Source: an uncultured Pseudobdellovibrionaceae bacterium
GTDB lineage: Bacteria > Bdellovibrionota > Bdellovibrionia > Bdellovibrionales > UBA1609
Direction of reading: 5' to 3'
DNA length: 64,000 nt
Assembly: GCA_964628445.1 (NCBI GenBank)
Contig: CAZVOP010000002.1
Span: forward strand, 20,421 to 84,420
In this document: in pieces, positions 39,664 through 49,437 of the stretch
How positions within the stretch are numbered: the stretch's first letter is position 1
How the letters are laid out: each line of letters begins with the position of its first letter
The notes under the pieces: generated by a model
Seen by the model: the letters and a program-made list of their open reading frames with translations, nothing else
Databases searched by the model: none
What the model was told of the DNA's origin: nothing
Translations under genes and position numbers: made by a program

Positions 39664-40170
39664 ATGAGCCCGAAAAACCCCCTCCATAAACAACTCGACG
39701 AACAGAAATTTCTGCACGGGGCCGCCTATGTCGAACAGGCCACCAAAGGGCCAAAGATTCTCACCACGGCCGAGCTCGCTTACTTGAACCAAATGCTCAC
39801 CGACAAAAACCGCGAGCCTTGGCGTCTTGAGCCGATGGCCGTGACGATTCCGACCGGAAAAACGCATCACTTCAATATATTAAGCAATCCCATTCCGCTC
39901 GCCCGCGAAATTATCGGCGACGCTTTCAGCGAAGCCGGAAACGGCGACGTCCGCGATGCGGCTTTGCACATCTATTCCAGACTTATCCTCGCGCATTTGT
40001 TCAACGACGCCAACCGCCGTACCGCCGCCTTGGCCGTGCTGTGGCTGCTGCGTTCGAACAACGCTTCGATCGATCCCATTGAGCTTGAGAAATTCCCGGT
40101 GGGGGATCTGCGCGACCCCGGCGACCTCGCCAAACTTGCGGAAAAACTGAAATCACTTATTGAGCGCTAG
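39664..40170 (+). CDS. Fic/Doc family protein, Doc-like motif
   Basis: HLFNDANRRTAALAV compared with the P1 Doc motif H-x-F-x-D-A-N-K-R-T as recalled. 168 aa. Confidence 0.7.
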   Translation: MSPKNPLHKQLDEQKFLHGAAYVEQATKGPKILTTAELAYLNQMLTDKNREPWRLEPMAVTIPTGKTHHFNILSNPIPLAREIIGDAFSEAGNGDVRDAALHIYSRLILAHLFNDANRRTAALAVLWLLRSNNASIDPIELEKFPVGDLRDPGDLAKLAEKLKSLIER

Positions 40171-40183
40171 GGGTTCATTGTCC

Positions 40184-41503
40184 ATGAGCAAACTCACGGC
40201 AACCGCTTTCTTGTTGTGGTCCGCGGCAGGGATTTCCTGTGCACATGTCTCACGCAAACCCGCGCAGTTTTCCGCAAAATCGGATCCCACGACGTGCCGG
40301 GAAGCCTTCGATGTATCTCTCGATCTCGAACCGGTCCGGCTTGGGCGCGAACAACAGTTGCGCGATTTCTCCATGGTCCTCGCCGTGGTCGCGGAAAAGT
40401 TTCCAGCTATGATTCAAGACTTCATGGCCCGCGCGGCGGACCACCCGGCGTGCGAAGACGAACGCAATGTCAAAAATTTCGCCGCCGAAATCCAGTACCG
40501 CTTGGATTATGTCTTCACCCGCATCGATCAATTCGGCAACGAAGATCAGGTCGCGCTTGCACTGAAGGAATCTTCCCTGCCGATGCAATATATCGCGCAA
40601 TTGTGCCCGCCGGCCGAGCTTAAAGAACGCTTAAATAAAAAAAACGCCGAATATGAAAACCTCAGCCGGCAATTGGATCCACGTTTCGAAGCCTTAAAGC
40701 ACGAGTTCGAAAAAGCTTTCACTATGCTCAAAGATTTGCGTAGGGATTATGCCCATTTTCAAGCCACCCGTAAGGCCGCCAAATGCGCTCCTCTCCCCGT
40801 CCCGGTTTGGCGTAAGAATCTTAATCGCTCCCTCGTCCGCATCGGCGTGAACTTCGGCCACGGTTCCGGCTTTTACGTCGCGGCGCCTGACGGACGCTTT
40901 CTGGTCACCGCTTCACACGTGACCGGCTTAAGCACGATCAATGCTGAGCAAGACGTGCAGCTGTCGTCGTCTGAAACGAATATAAAAAAGAAGGACCCGC
41001 TTCGCGATGTATTTTATCTTGAGCCCGGGTACGTCGATCAGGGGCGCGACATCACCTTCAAGAAAATCAAAACAAGCGGGCCATTCATCCCTGTCGTTAA
41101 GACGGGCGAGCGGCCGGAGCTGAATCAGAAATTTTATCTCACCGGATTTCCCAGCGTGAGCGGCGGAAAATTGCTGGGATTACAATGCTTGTTCAAAGGC
41201 TTTAGCGACGGCCCGCAAGGCAAAGATGTCTTCTACGCCATGGAATGCCCGGGGCGGCCGGACATCAAAGGCATGTCGGGCGGCGCCGCCGTCGGTAGTG
41301 ACGGACGAGTGTGGGGCGTGGTCGTTTCCACCCAAACATATACATCCTTTGCTTACGTCGCCCCACTGTCCAGCGATGAGGCCGGAAACTTGAAGCTCGG
41401 TATTCAACAAAATTTTATCAGCGATCTTTGCTATGACCGCCACGACATCGAGCCCCACCGCTGCCAAGTCATGCCCAATATGTACGAAGAGAATGTGCCC
41501 TGA
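40184..41503 (+). CDS. secreted trypsin-like (S1) serine peptidase with unrecognised N-terminal domain
   Basis: Signal peptide [40 protein letters not shown] supplies the His and GMSGGAAV the Ser. Confidence 0.75.
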   Translation: MSKLTATAFLLWSAAGISCAHVSRKPAQFSAKSDPTTCREAFDVSLDLEPVRLGREQQLRDFSMVLAVVAEKFPAMIQDFMARAADHPACEDERNVKNFAAEIQYRLDYVFTRIDQFGNEDQVALALKESSLPMQYIAQLCPPAELKERLNKKNAEYENLSRQLDPRFEALKHEFEKAFTMLKDLRRDYAHFQATRKAAKCAPLPVPVWRKNLNRSLVRIGVNFGHGSGFYVAAPDGRFLVTASHVTGLSTINAEQDVQLSSSETNIKKKDPLRDVFYLEPGYVDQGRDITFKKIKTSGPFIPVVKTGERPELNQKFYLTGFPSVSGGKLLGLQCLFKGFSDGPQGKDVFYAMECPGRPDIKGMSGGAAVGSDGRVWGVVVSTQTYTSFAYVAPLSSDEAGNLKLGIQQNFISDLCYDRHDIEPHRCQVMPNMYEENVP

Positions 41504-41598
41504 CGGCCGCCTGCGGCCCTATTTTCGACTTTAAACACTGCATCGTCTTTGACCGGCGTCTCGTAACGGTGCTAAATCTTTGGATCTTCCCAAACAGT

Positions 41599-41675
41599 CG
41601 GGGCGTGGCGCAGCCTGGTAGCGCGTTTGCTTCGGGAGCAAAAGGTCGCTGGTTCGAATCCAGTCGCCCCGACCA
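41599..41675 (+). tRNA. tRNA-Pro (anticodon CGG)
   Basis: Acceptor stem CGGGGCG/CGCCCCG. Also present: D arm GCGCAGCCTGGTAGCGC, anticodon stem TTTGC/GCAAA with loop TTCGGGA, T arm GGTTCGAATCC, discriminator A and encoded CCA. Confidence 0.95.
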
Positions 41676-42322
41676 AATTAAGTTCTCGAAAGTAAGAAGG
41701 ATTCTTACAAAATCAAAACTTAAGGTTCTACGGTTGATCTTCGTCTTTCCTAAAATTTAAGCTTCGTAACTCAAATTCTAAGAAGTTCTTGGGCTTGGGC
41801 GGATCCCTTTATCTAGCCTTCTGACGCATCACTTCTTGTCCAGACAAGAAGCGCTGCGTTCCACTACGAACCGAGAAGAGCCCAAACAAGTGTTTTATAA
41901 ACAGGTCATTTCTCCATCGCAAGGTACATGGCATTCCGAAGTTTTTGTTCCGATTTCCCGTTGGCCTGAAGCTGTTTTGTATTCCCAGAAGAGATGAACA
42001 GTAAATTGAAATCTGGCGCCCGTTTCATCTGTCATCATATCTGAAACTTGAGCTTGTGCGATGACGTTTCCCATCGGCGTTTCATGGCCGCTGAGCTGCT
42101 TCGCTTCGACCTTAAGTAAAAGTTTACCGTCGTTCAGAAATCCTGGATTGCCGGCAAATTTTTACTCTCGTTCAAAACAGCAAACACAACTCATGAACAA
42201 GAGAGGTCTTTATGGAACACTACGGAGTCGTTCTTAGGAATCGGGCATGTTTTTCATTTAAGCGTTCCTCGTTGACCAAATAGCTAGCGTGCCATATGTC
42301 CATCCCAAACCTGGAGTTATAG

Positions 42323-42733
42323 ATGAAAAAGAATCTAGCAATTTTATTAGTGCTCGGCACCTTTACCTTGAATGCATTCGCGATTGATTTCAAATCAATG
42401 GCGGGTCGTTTTTCTCTTGATAAAGGGAACTCTCCAGGCATTTGTATTGATCAAACTCTTTTAATTGGTTCGAGTTCAGACAAATCAGTTTTTATTGATG
42501 GTTTCGCCATCAATTGGCTGAGCGATGTTAACGACGGTTGGCAACTCGATGGTTATGGCGTCAATTATGTTAAAGCTACGTTTGATGGCACCACATTGAC
42601 TAAAAGCATTCGTGGGATTGAGGGAGTCAGGTCCACTACTTGGGCTATTGATTCAAATAATCAACGCTTAGTTATGAACCAATATTCTTATGGCCAGTTG
42701 TCCAATACTTGCAGTTTCACACGAGACCTTTAA
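42323..42733 (+). CDS. small hypothetical secreted protein
   Basis: TGGAG lies before the ATG; signal peptide MKKNLAILLVLGTFTLNAFA. 136 aa. Confidence 0.6.
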   Translation: MKKNLAILLVLGTFTLNAFAIDFKSMAGRFSLDKGNSPGICIDQTLLIGSSSDKSVFIDGFAINWLSDVNDGWQLDGYGVNYVKATFDGTTLTKSIRGIEGVRSTTWAIDSNNQRLVMNQYSYGQLSNTCSFTRDL

Positions 42734-42833
42734 TCCATATAGCCCCCCAATCTGATTAACCTCTTGAAGGTACTGGGGTGGAATTACCCCGGACCAATTT
42801 ATAGTTCTGATTTTCTGAAAATCCGCGTCGCGC

Positions 42834-43394
42834 TCAAGCTTGAAGTCGATAGCGAAGATAGATCCAGCCTTTGCTGAAGCGACGCTCGTCGAGCAGATCA
42901 AGTCTAATAGAGTAATTTTTGGGGAAGACCGGGATGACAGGGAAGGCGCCACTGATCGTCGTTGGAGCGACGAACAGATGAATTTCATCGACAAGCCCCG
43001 CGCGGATCGCTTGTGCGGCAAGGGTTGGACCACCCACGCACAGATCACCCGGCGACTTAGCTTTCATTTCGCGAATCTTTTGTTCGTCGAAATCCCGCTC
43101 AATGCGAGTTTTCTTGGTAGTCACTGAATCTATTGTTTTGGAATAAATAATTTTGTCGGCCAATTGCCATACTCGCCCGAACTCTTGATCATCCGCTCCC
43201 ATATTTTGAACATCCGGCGTTTCCCAGAAAGACATTGTCTCGTAATTTTTACGTCCGTATAGGTACGTTTTAAAAGGACGCATGACTTCAGTGATAAAGG
43301 CAGTTGAACCTTCAGTAGGTATAGACCAATCATAGTGCCCATCCCCGATATAACCATCCAGTGACATGACAGAAGCGTAGATTAGTTTAGCCAT
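42834..43394 (-). CDS. dihydrofolate reductase-like (RibD C-terminal domain) family protein
   Basis: MAKLIYASVMSLDGYI...YLYGRKNYETM...CVGGPTLAAQAIRAGLVDEIHLFVAP. Confidence 0.8.
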   Translation of the reverse strand: MAKLIYASVMSLDGYIGDGHYDWSIPTEGSTAFITEVMRPFKTYLYGRKNYETMSFWETPDVQNMGADDQEFGRVWQLADKIIYSKTIDSVTTKKTRIERDFDEQKIREMKAKSPGDLCVGGPTLAAQAIRAGLVDEIHLFVAPTTISGAFPVIPVFPKNYSIRLDLLDERRFSKGWIYLRYRLQA

Positions 43395-43432
43395 CGTTTA
43401 ACATCCTTTCTCTCACTTTCCCGACTCCTTAT

Positions 43433-44173
43433 TTACTTTCGCAGATTGATCTTTGTTAAATATTCGAGACAAGAACTCGTTCCAGCATAGTTCGGCATTA
43501 TTTTACTTAGATACTGAACCCGCGATTGTATCGGAGCTTTACTCGAAACTATTCGGTAGTCCGCAAACTGTGGATCTTCACTGAACTCTGTTACGCCTTT
43601 GGCGACCAGTTCCTTAAAAAAATTTCCGCCATCGCCTGCACTGCGATGGGTGCGCATCAATACCGTATGAGTAATATCAACGGCGTAGTAGGTCAAAAGG
43701 GTACCCCAAAAGGCCTCCGATGGCTGAAAGCTTTCGATTGATATAAGTCCAGTCAACGTTTGATCAAGCAAAGCTACGCCATAAACGGCGCCACTGGCTG
43801 CAACGGCCAAAGGTAATGACTTCAAACTTCGCATCGCGATATACGGAACTTTGCTTTTAAAGGCAGTCTTCCACGAAATATCAAAAGCGTAAATCCTTCC
43901 ATGCTTGTCAAGAATGTACGGCCATCCCCTAAACAACACAAGTTTTGAAACTGACCCGCGCCGGCTGATTCGCATTAAGTGACTTTCGCCGTTTGCGAGC
44001 ATACTGAGCAGATAAGCCGTGTCGTCGTCGCCGAGGACAACCCCAGAGCGTTGGGTGGCTTGCCCCTGAACGATAGTGACGTCACCAAATTTCATCGGCA
44101 ACCGGTTTTGGGCAAAGGCATTGGGAATGAAACAAAGAGTAACTAATACGTAAGGTAAGAGTAATTTCGGCAT
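43433..44173 (-). CDS. hypothetical secreted protein (island operon gene 5)
   Basis: Signal peptide MPKLLLPYVLVTLCFIPNAFA. It starts 13 nt after the upstream stop. No family recognised. Confidence 0.6.
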   Translation of the reverse strand: MPKLLLPYVLVTLCFIPNAFAQNRLPMKFGDVTIVQGQATQRSGVVLGDDDTAYLLSMLANGESHLMRISRRGSVSKLVLFRGWPYILDKHGRIYAFDISWKTAFKSKVPYIAMRSLKSLPLAVAASGAVYGVALLDQTLTGLISIESFQPSEAFWGTLLTYYAVDITHTVLMRTHRSAGDGGNFFKELVAKGVTEFSEDPQFADYRIVSSKAPIQSRVQYLSKIMPNYAGTSSCLEYLTKINLRK

Positions 44174-44186
44174 AAAAACCTTTCTA

Positions 44187-45080
44187 TTAAAAATTATCTT
44201 TCATCGGAGATTGCTCCTCGGAAATCTGAACTCTCATTACGCGGAAATTGGTCGAATAACCCCTGAGCGCCGAGAGCCAACTTCCTTCAATGTTAAAAAG
44301 TTGTTTATAGTCTATCTTGAGTTGCTTTCCGGTGAGCATCATCATCACCACATGATCGAACAGATCTTTGTCGTCGATACTTAGTCGAGTAAAACTTGAA
44401 CCGCCTTTGGACTCTTGAACCGTAATTTCGTAGGTCTTAAACAAGAGATGATCCATGGTTGCTTTTATGATGTGACCTTGGAGCGTACCACTTGTTAGCC
44501 CCACCATATCCTCAGAAGGGGCCTCGCCTTGCCCGATGGCAAACGATGCTGGAGCGTTGAAGTCGGGATTTACGGGCCATATTTTCGTAACAAAATTGTC
44601 AGTTCCGGCAAATACCGCTCGAAGCGAAGGAAGTTTAATCGCACCCGCCGCATCAGTGACAGCGCGAGTGTAATAGATCACAACCGGGGTTACAGAGGCC
44701 TTGTTAAATCTTTCATAGAGTTGCGGATCAACGGAGCTGAATTGCCAAGGATTTTTGCCGATAATGCAATCCTTAGCTACAGCTTTGAGCGCGTACTGCT
44801 TTCTATTTTCGTTCGCCAAACTCTGGGCGGCCGCCGTTTCACGCTCCAGGCAATCGTGATCCATTATTGTCATCGGAGTAGAATCGAAGCCCATCATCAA
44901 TTCGCCCTCATAATGCCAAAACCAATGCGAGCTAAATTGCAAAATCACACCAAGTCGAAACCCTTCCTCGCTATAAAGAGGATTGGGTGACCATCGAACC
45001 CTTGGTATTCCCTCTGGCAGCGATTCAGCACGTAAATTCGGAGTCAGTATAAAAATCAAAAGTAAGAGCACAACTTTCAT
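44187..45080 (-). CDS. hypothetical secreted protein (island operon gene 4)
   Basis: ATG 45080 is preceded by AAGGGGAAAGGGTGG. Signal peptide MKVVLLLLIFILTPNLRA. It starts 2 nt after the upstream stop. Confidence 0.6.
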   Translation of the reverse strand: MKVVLLLLIFILTPNLRAESLPEGIPRVRWSPNPLYSEEGFRLGVILQFSSHWFWHYEGELMMGFDSTPMTIMDHDCLERETAAAQSLANENRKQYALKAVAKDCIIGKNPWQFSSVDPQLYERFNKASVTPVVIYYTRAVTDAAGAIKLPSLRAVFAGTDNFVTKIWPVNPDFNAPASFAIGQGEAPSEDMVGLTSGTLQGHIIKATMDHLLFKTYEITVQESKGGSSFTRLSIDDKDLFDHVVMMMLTGKQLKIDYKQLFNIEGSWLSALRGYSTNFRVMRVQISEEQSPMKDNF

Positions 45081-45082
45081 AT

Positions 45083-46180
45083 TTACCACCCTTTCCCCTT
45101 GGCGAAGGTTTTAAGATTTTCGGCACTAAAATCAAATCGTATTGCGAGCACCGGCCTAAAATCCTTAAGATTAGTTACCAATTCGATTTCCTTGTCAGCC
45201 TCGTCATTCGACAAAAGAAATACCACCGGCCACCCTTCAGTCCTCATGAAGGGAACTTTGTAAAGCGACTCGAGCGTCTTCAGCCCAGTTATACAATCCC
45301 TGATTTTGAGGTCGCCGAAACGGCTGCATTCCACTCCGAGGCCATGACTTGCAATCGCGTTTTTCAACCCATTCAGAATATTGCGATCCCTTGTTAGGGC
45401 AGACTTGCGGGCGAGAGTTTCTAAATTAATCGATGGCTCTCGAATAGCTTGGTAAAGCTCATCCCTGCCGGCCGAAGCTTTCAGATCGAGCTTAAATTCC
45501 ATTGCCTCTTCGTGAGGGCCTTGGAAACGATCAGTAACGTAGATCGATTCCTCGGGCCCATCGAAGAGGCTAAGATCTTGTTTGGCCAGCGCCGTCAAGT
45601 TCATCAATGCGTTCCATTTTTCGGAAACTGAAAGGTGGGGATCAAAAGTTATCGGTATTGACAGATTGTCCTGAAGGTCCGCGAGTCCTTCATTAAATTG
45701 AGAATACAACGAGAGCCTTTTTTTAAATGAAGACCCGAGCATTGCCGCGTTGACAAACTCGGCCATTTGAAAAGAAGTCATTTGAAATGGCAAATACAGT
45801 TGAAGGTCTGTTTCGAATTCTTCAACCAAGGGACTCGCCGAATCCGTTAAAACAATTTTTAGTACAGGACCTGTGTTTTTTCCGGATAGAAATAATGATT
45901 CATGCAATCCCGTAGCAAAAGTACGCAAACCTCTTGCACACTTTACGTCTGTTATTTTATGAAAAAGTCCGCTTTTACATTCAATTCTAAACCCATAAGA
46001 ATTCAGAATTCTCCGAGGCAAATCACGACTGATTCCATGTACGCTCTGATCGGGCAAAGAGAGCAGTTCTTCGAAGAGCTCCCATGCATTTCGGAGATTC
46101 GAATTCATTTTTGACGGCTCTACGACCCCAGCGTGAGCCGCGATGGTCAAGAAGCAAAGGATGGTACAGATCGCTCTCAT
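45083..46180 (-). CDS. hypothetical secreted protein (island operon gene 3)
   Basis: ATG 46180 gives MRAICTILCFLTIAAHAG and an ATGA overlap with the upstream stop. Confidence 0.6.
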   Translation of the reverse strand: MRAICTILCFLTIAAHAGVVEPSKMNSNLRNAWELFEELLSLPDQSVHGISRDLPRRILNSYGFRIECKSGLFHKITDVKCARGLRTFATGLHESLFLSGKNTGPVLKIVLTDSASPLVEEFETDLQLYLPFQMTSFQMAEFVNAAMLGSSFKKRLSLYSQFNEGLADLQDNLSIPITFDPHLSVSEKWNALMNLTALAKQDLSLFDGPEESIYVTDRFQGPHEEAMEFKLDLKASAGRDELYQAIREPSINLETLARKSALTRDRNILNGLKNAIASHGLGVECSRFGDLKIRDCITGLKTLESLYKVPFMRTEGWPVVFLLSNDEADKEIELVTNLKDFRPVLAIRFDFSAENLKTFAKGKGW

Positions 46181-47265
46181 CGCAGGCGACCAATAGGCTG
46201 GAGACCCAACTGTTGATTGATTTGGCCCAAGTGGGCTCTCAGCCATGGCTCATATAAACTTGCGACCTGAATTTTTATTTGGCCCAAATATGTAATATAA
46301 ATTTGAGGCGATGCGATGGGGGTTCGCAGGAGATCCTCGAGCTCCTTCATTTGCTCGTCCCAGCTTGCTAAAATCACTTTTTGATATTCACTTTGCGGAG
46401 GAAGAATGGCTCGATCGACGTAGTGATACCCCAAGCCCTCTCCCGCCAGAGCCAAGCCGCGCGTTCCAAAAACAAGTCCAGGCTGAACTGCTGCGGGTAC
46501 GACAATGAAAAGTCTCTCGGCCATCGTAGCCACCGCGGCTGGTGCAAATTCCCAAAAGACAAGAGAAGTGACTGTGGCTAAAGCGAGAACTCCCCAGGAT
46601 ACTTCATTTCTAAAATCCTCCTGCTGGGTCGCGACTTTCAATAACCGATCGGTGATTCGTTCGAGTCCGAAAAGCCCCGGGTTTCCTAAAACATCACGAT
46701 TGAAGCGGGAGAGATCCCTCACGAGGAGATCGAAATTTTCATTGATGGCATCTCGGTTTTCAAAGTGACACGAGGAATGTATGTGTCGATCAATGGTTCC
46801 GTAGCCGGCCTCGCTCTCATTTATAAAAAGAGCATGCAGACCGAATAGGCCGGGTATTAATAGGCGCAGGCGTGTGGAAGTCAATAAGTCTTCATCGGTC
46901 ATCTGGTCGATTTTTTTGAAAGTCCCCAGTGATTGAATGGGTCGATCTATCTGTTTTACGAGCTCTCTTAGAACCCTTGAATAGCGGTCACAGAATCTTA
47001 GGTGACCTGGGGATGTGTTGCGAAATTGGTTTTGCAGAAGATTGGCCTCTTTATGAATGCGACGCTGTAGAATCTCCTTTTCTGATCGAGAAAGAATTGG
47101 CGGAGATCCATGCATCATTTCCCAGTATATTCTCTGCACCGGCTCATTCGCCCAACTGTCGTTACAAGAAAGGCCAAACATAACCGTCAAAGCTATAACC
47201 GCAATTCTTCGATAGAAAAGGCGCGCTCTTCGAGCGCGCCTTTTCTTGGCTTCCTGGATATTCAA
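46177..47265 (-). CDS. hypothetical membrane/exported protein with Arg-rich N-terminus (island operon gene 2)
   Basis: MNIQEAKKRRARRARLFYRRIAVIALTVMFGLSC is followed by an internal hydrophobic stretch, VSWGVLALATVTSLVFWEFAPAAVA. It starts 1 nt after the upstream stop. Confidence 0.6.
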   Translation of the reverse strand: MNIQEAKKRRARRARLFYRRIAVIALTVMFGLSCNDSWANEPVQRIYWEMMHGSPPILSRSEKEILQRRIHKEANLLQNQFRNTSPGHLRFCDRYSRVLRELVKQIDRPIQSLGTFKKIDQMTDEDLLTSTRLRLLIPGLFGLHALFINESEAGYGTIDRHIHSSCHFENRDAINENFDLLVRDLSRFNRDVLGNPGLFGLERITDRLLKVATQQEDFRNEVSWGVLALATVTSLVFWEFAPAAVATMAERLFIVVPAAVQPGLVFGTRGLALAGEGLGYHYVDRAILPPQSEYQKVILASWDEQMKELEDLLRTPIASPQIYITYLGQIKIQVASLYEPWLRAHLGQINQQLGLQPIGRLR

Positions 47266-47266
47266 T

Positions 47267-49231
47267 TTACTGACCTCTTTGCGGGGGCTCCTCGTAAATC
47301 AACGAGATCTGGCTAAGTCGTTCATCGGGCACCAGGCTTTCTAAATATACAGTCTGGTAATCTTGGCCATGTTCATGACCGCGGCCATATGCCGAATAGT
47401 ATAGTCCATATAGAGGAATGGCAGATCCTGCACCGGCAGTGAGCGCCCATGATTTATCGAAACTTCTGAGCGCCGGCTTAACCGCATCGACCGCACCACC
47501 GTACACTCGACGTGATCCACTTGCGGCATCTCTAACGGATTCTTTCGCCATCTGAGCAAAATTATGGCTCGCCTCAGACACTTTATCCCTCGCTAAAGAA
47601 ATCTTTTGGCCGAGTTTATTACCGGGCCCTTCGTCCGCCGCGGCAACTTGGGTTTCATCCAATGTGCTCTGTGAAGGATGAATTTCCTCACCGCTATTCA
47701 TAGGCACAATTCCTTCAGCTTCGGCCTCCGCACGGGTCGGCGAAATATGAGTAGCACTTTCAGCCAATTGCGTGTCGAATTCTGCTTCGATATTTTCACT
47801 AGGTATGCGCGTAGAAATCACCGCTCCGGAATCCGTATCCACTATTTTAGCAAACTCGCGACCACCAAGCTCAGGCGCCTTATATTCGATGCTTTTTATA
47901 AAATCCTCGGCTTCGTGCACCGTCATTTTTTTGGACGAGACTGGCCGCCTTCCAAGCACGCCGAGAGTACGCGGCAGGCTAAACAAAATGACACGCTCAG
48001 TGTCGAGCCTTACGCCGTCAAAAGTGTCACTGACCGCATATCGAAATCCGGGCAAATTCGTCGGGTTGAACATTTGGAATTCGGTCTCAAGTTTCGTAAC
48101 AGGAACAAGATCCAAAGCACGAATACCCTCATCAGACACTCCAAGCGCTTTTAAATTTCTCTCGGCTACCTGCTCTGCAGGCAGACGTTTTATGGATTTT
48201 ATGGAACTGATTGCACTAGAAGTGCGGGCGGCCAAAGAGCGGACTCCATTGCTCGCGCTCATAATGGCTTCACGCGCGCGAGAAGTGCCACCCTTGAACA
48301 TTGTGCCAATTCTAGGATATTCATGAACTACGTCACGCATGCGATCCAAGCCATGAAAGCCAGCAACTGTTCCAATCGCGACGGAGCCTCCAGCTATCAA
48401 CAGTCCATCACGCAATACATCTGCGTTCTGATCATCCTTGATTCTTTGATCAAGGTTGGCCTGCAAATATGCCACCCGCCTCGTGGTGTCTTTGTCATAA
48501 AGATTTCTTTCAGAGAGATGGCGAATCCCCAGTTGGACTTCCATTATTTTTGCACGGGCCATTTCCGGTTCGTTAAAAATCTCATCTATAAGCTTAAAGG
48601 TCAGCGGTTCAATACGAGCGGGGTTGCCTTCCGAGACCAAGGCCGCAAGCAATGTTGTTGTTTCATCTGCGGGTCTCACCGCTGAGAAAACATCACTTCG
48701 TGGCTCTGGACCAGTCACTAACACGACTTGCCTTAGAGCCTCTAAATTCTTTTCGCGCAAATTTTGTGAGGCCTCTCTTGATTCATCCATAGAATCGCGC
48801 CGATTCACGGAGTCCAACGGAGGACGAAGGGCGGCGCCTATGGCTGAGGCTTTATCTCCAAGGTAATCTTTGGTACTTGATGCACCATTAGAGACATAGT
48901 CTTTTGCATCAGCTAATTTATTCTCGATCAGACTCCCCCAAGGGACCGAATGCGGATTGTCTTTGTCGCGGTTCATTTCCGCTTGGCTCGCATTTTTATC
49001 AGATTGAGCATGTTGAGAATCAGAATTGGCCACCTGAACATTCGAGTTATCAGAATTTGAATTTTTGGACTCTTTGGCTTCTTGAGACGGTTCCTCCTGC
49101 TTTTTATTAGGCTGCTGATCTTCTTGGTGGGTAGACTTTTGTGGGGCAGGCTTTGGCGATTCGTCTTTGCTGCAACCCACCGTTAGAATGCAGCAAGTAG
49201 ATAGTGCTGCCAAAATCGTAGTATGTCTCAT
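47267..49231 (-). CDS. hypothetical lipoprotein with low-complexity N-terminal region (island operon gene 1)
   Basis: GGAGG lies 6 nt before ATG 49231. The product begins MRHTTILAALSTCCILTVGCSKDE (lipobox), followed by a ~70-aa Q/K/E/S/N/D-rich segment. Confidence 0.65.
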   Translation of the reverse strand: MRHTTILAALSTCCILTVGCSKDESPKPAPQKSTHQEDQQPNKKQEEPSQEAKESKNSNSDNSNVQVANSDSQHAQSDKNASQAEMNRDKDNPHSVPWGSLIENKLADAKDYVSNGASSTKDYLGDKASAIGAALRPPLDSVNRRDSMDESREASQNLREKNLEALRQVVLVTGPEPRSDVFSAVRPADETTTLLAALVSEGNPARIEPLTFKLIDEIFNEPEMARAKIMEVQLGIRHLSERNLYDKDTTRRVAYLQANLDQRIKDDQNADVLRDGLLIAGGSVAIGTVAGFHGLDRMRDVVHEYPRIGTMFKGGTSRAREAIMSASNGVRSLAARTSSAISSIKSIKRLPAEQVAERNLKALGVSDEGIRALDLVPVTKLETEFQMFNPTNLPGFRYAVSDTFDGVRLDTERVILFSLPRTLGVLGRRPVSSKKMTVHEAEDFIKSIEYKAPELGGREFAKIVDTDSGAVISTRIPSENIEAEFDTQLAESATHISPTRAEAEAEGIVPMNSGEEIHPSQSTLDETQVAAADEGPGNKLGQKISLARDKVSEASHNFAQMAKESVRDAASGSRRVYGGAVDAVKPALRSFDKSWALTAGAGSAIPLYGLYYSAYGRGHEHGQDYQTVYLESLVPDERLSQISLIYEEPPQRGQ

Positions 49232-49437
49232 TGTGACCTCCATGGTAAAATCTTAGGTTCACCCGTGTGAATCAATTCATCTCATCCATAACGAATCGCG
49301 ACGATCGAAGGCCACGGCCCGCCTGGTTTTGGAAATCGATTCGAGTGCATTTGATGTGCCATTCAGAAATAAAAAGTTGTGAAGGTAATTATTGAGCCAT
49401 ATTGATATTCACAGCGATGATGAGCGCGAATTTGTAT

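Noticed and set aside
41569-41760. 63-aa ORF overlapping tRNA-Pro
   Set aside because: The sequence folds as a canonical tRNA, so the ORF is coincidental.
41678-41789. Three copies of AAG(G)TTCT just 3' of the tRNA (41678-41686, 41720-41729, 41783-41789), possible recombinase arm sites
   Set aside because: The shared core is only 7 nt in AT-rich DNA, which is easily due to chance, and no integrase gene is present.
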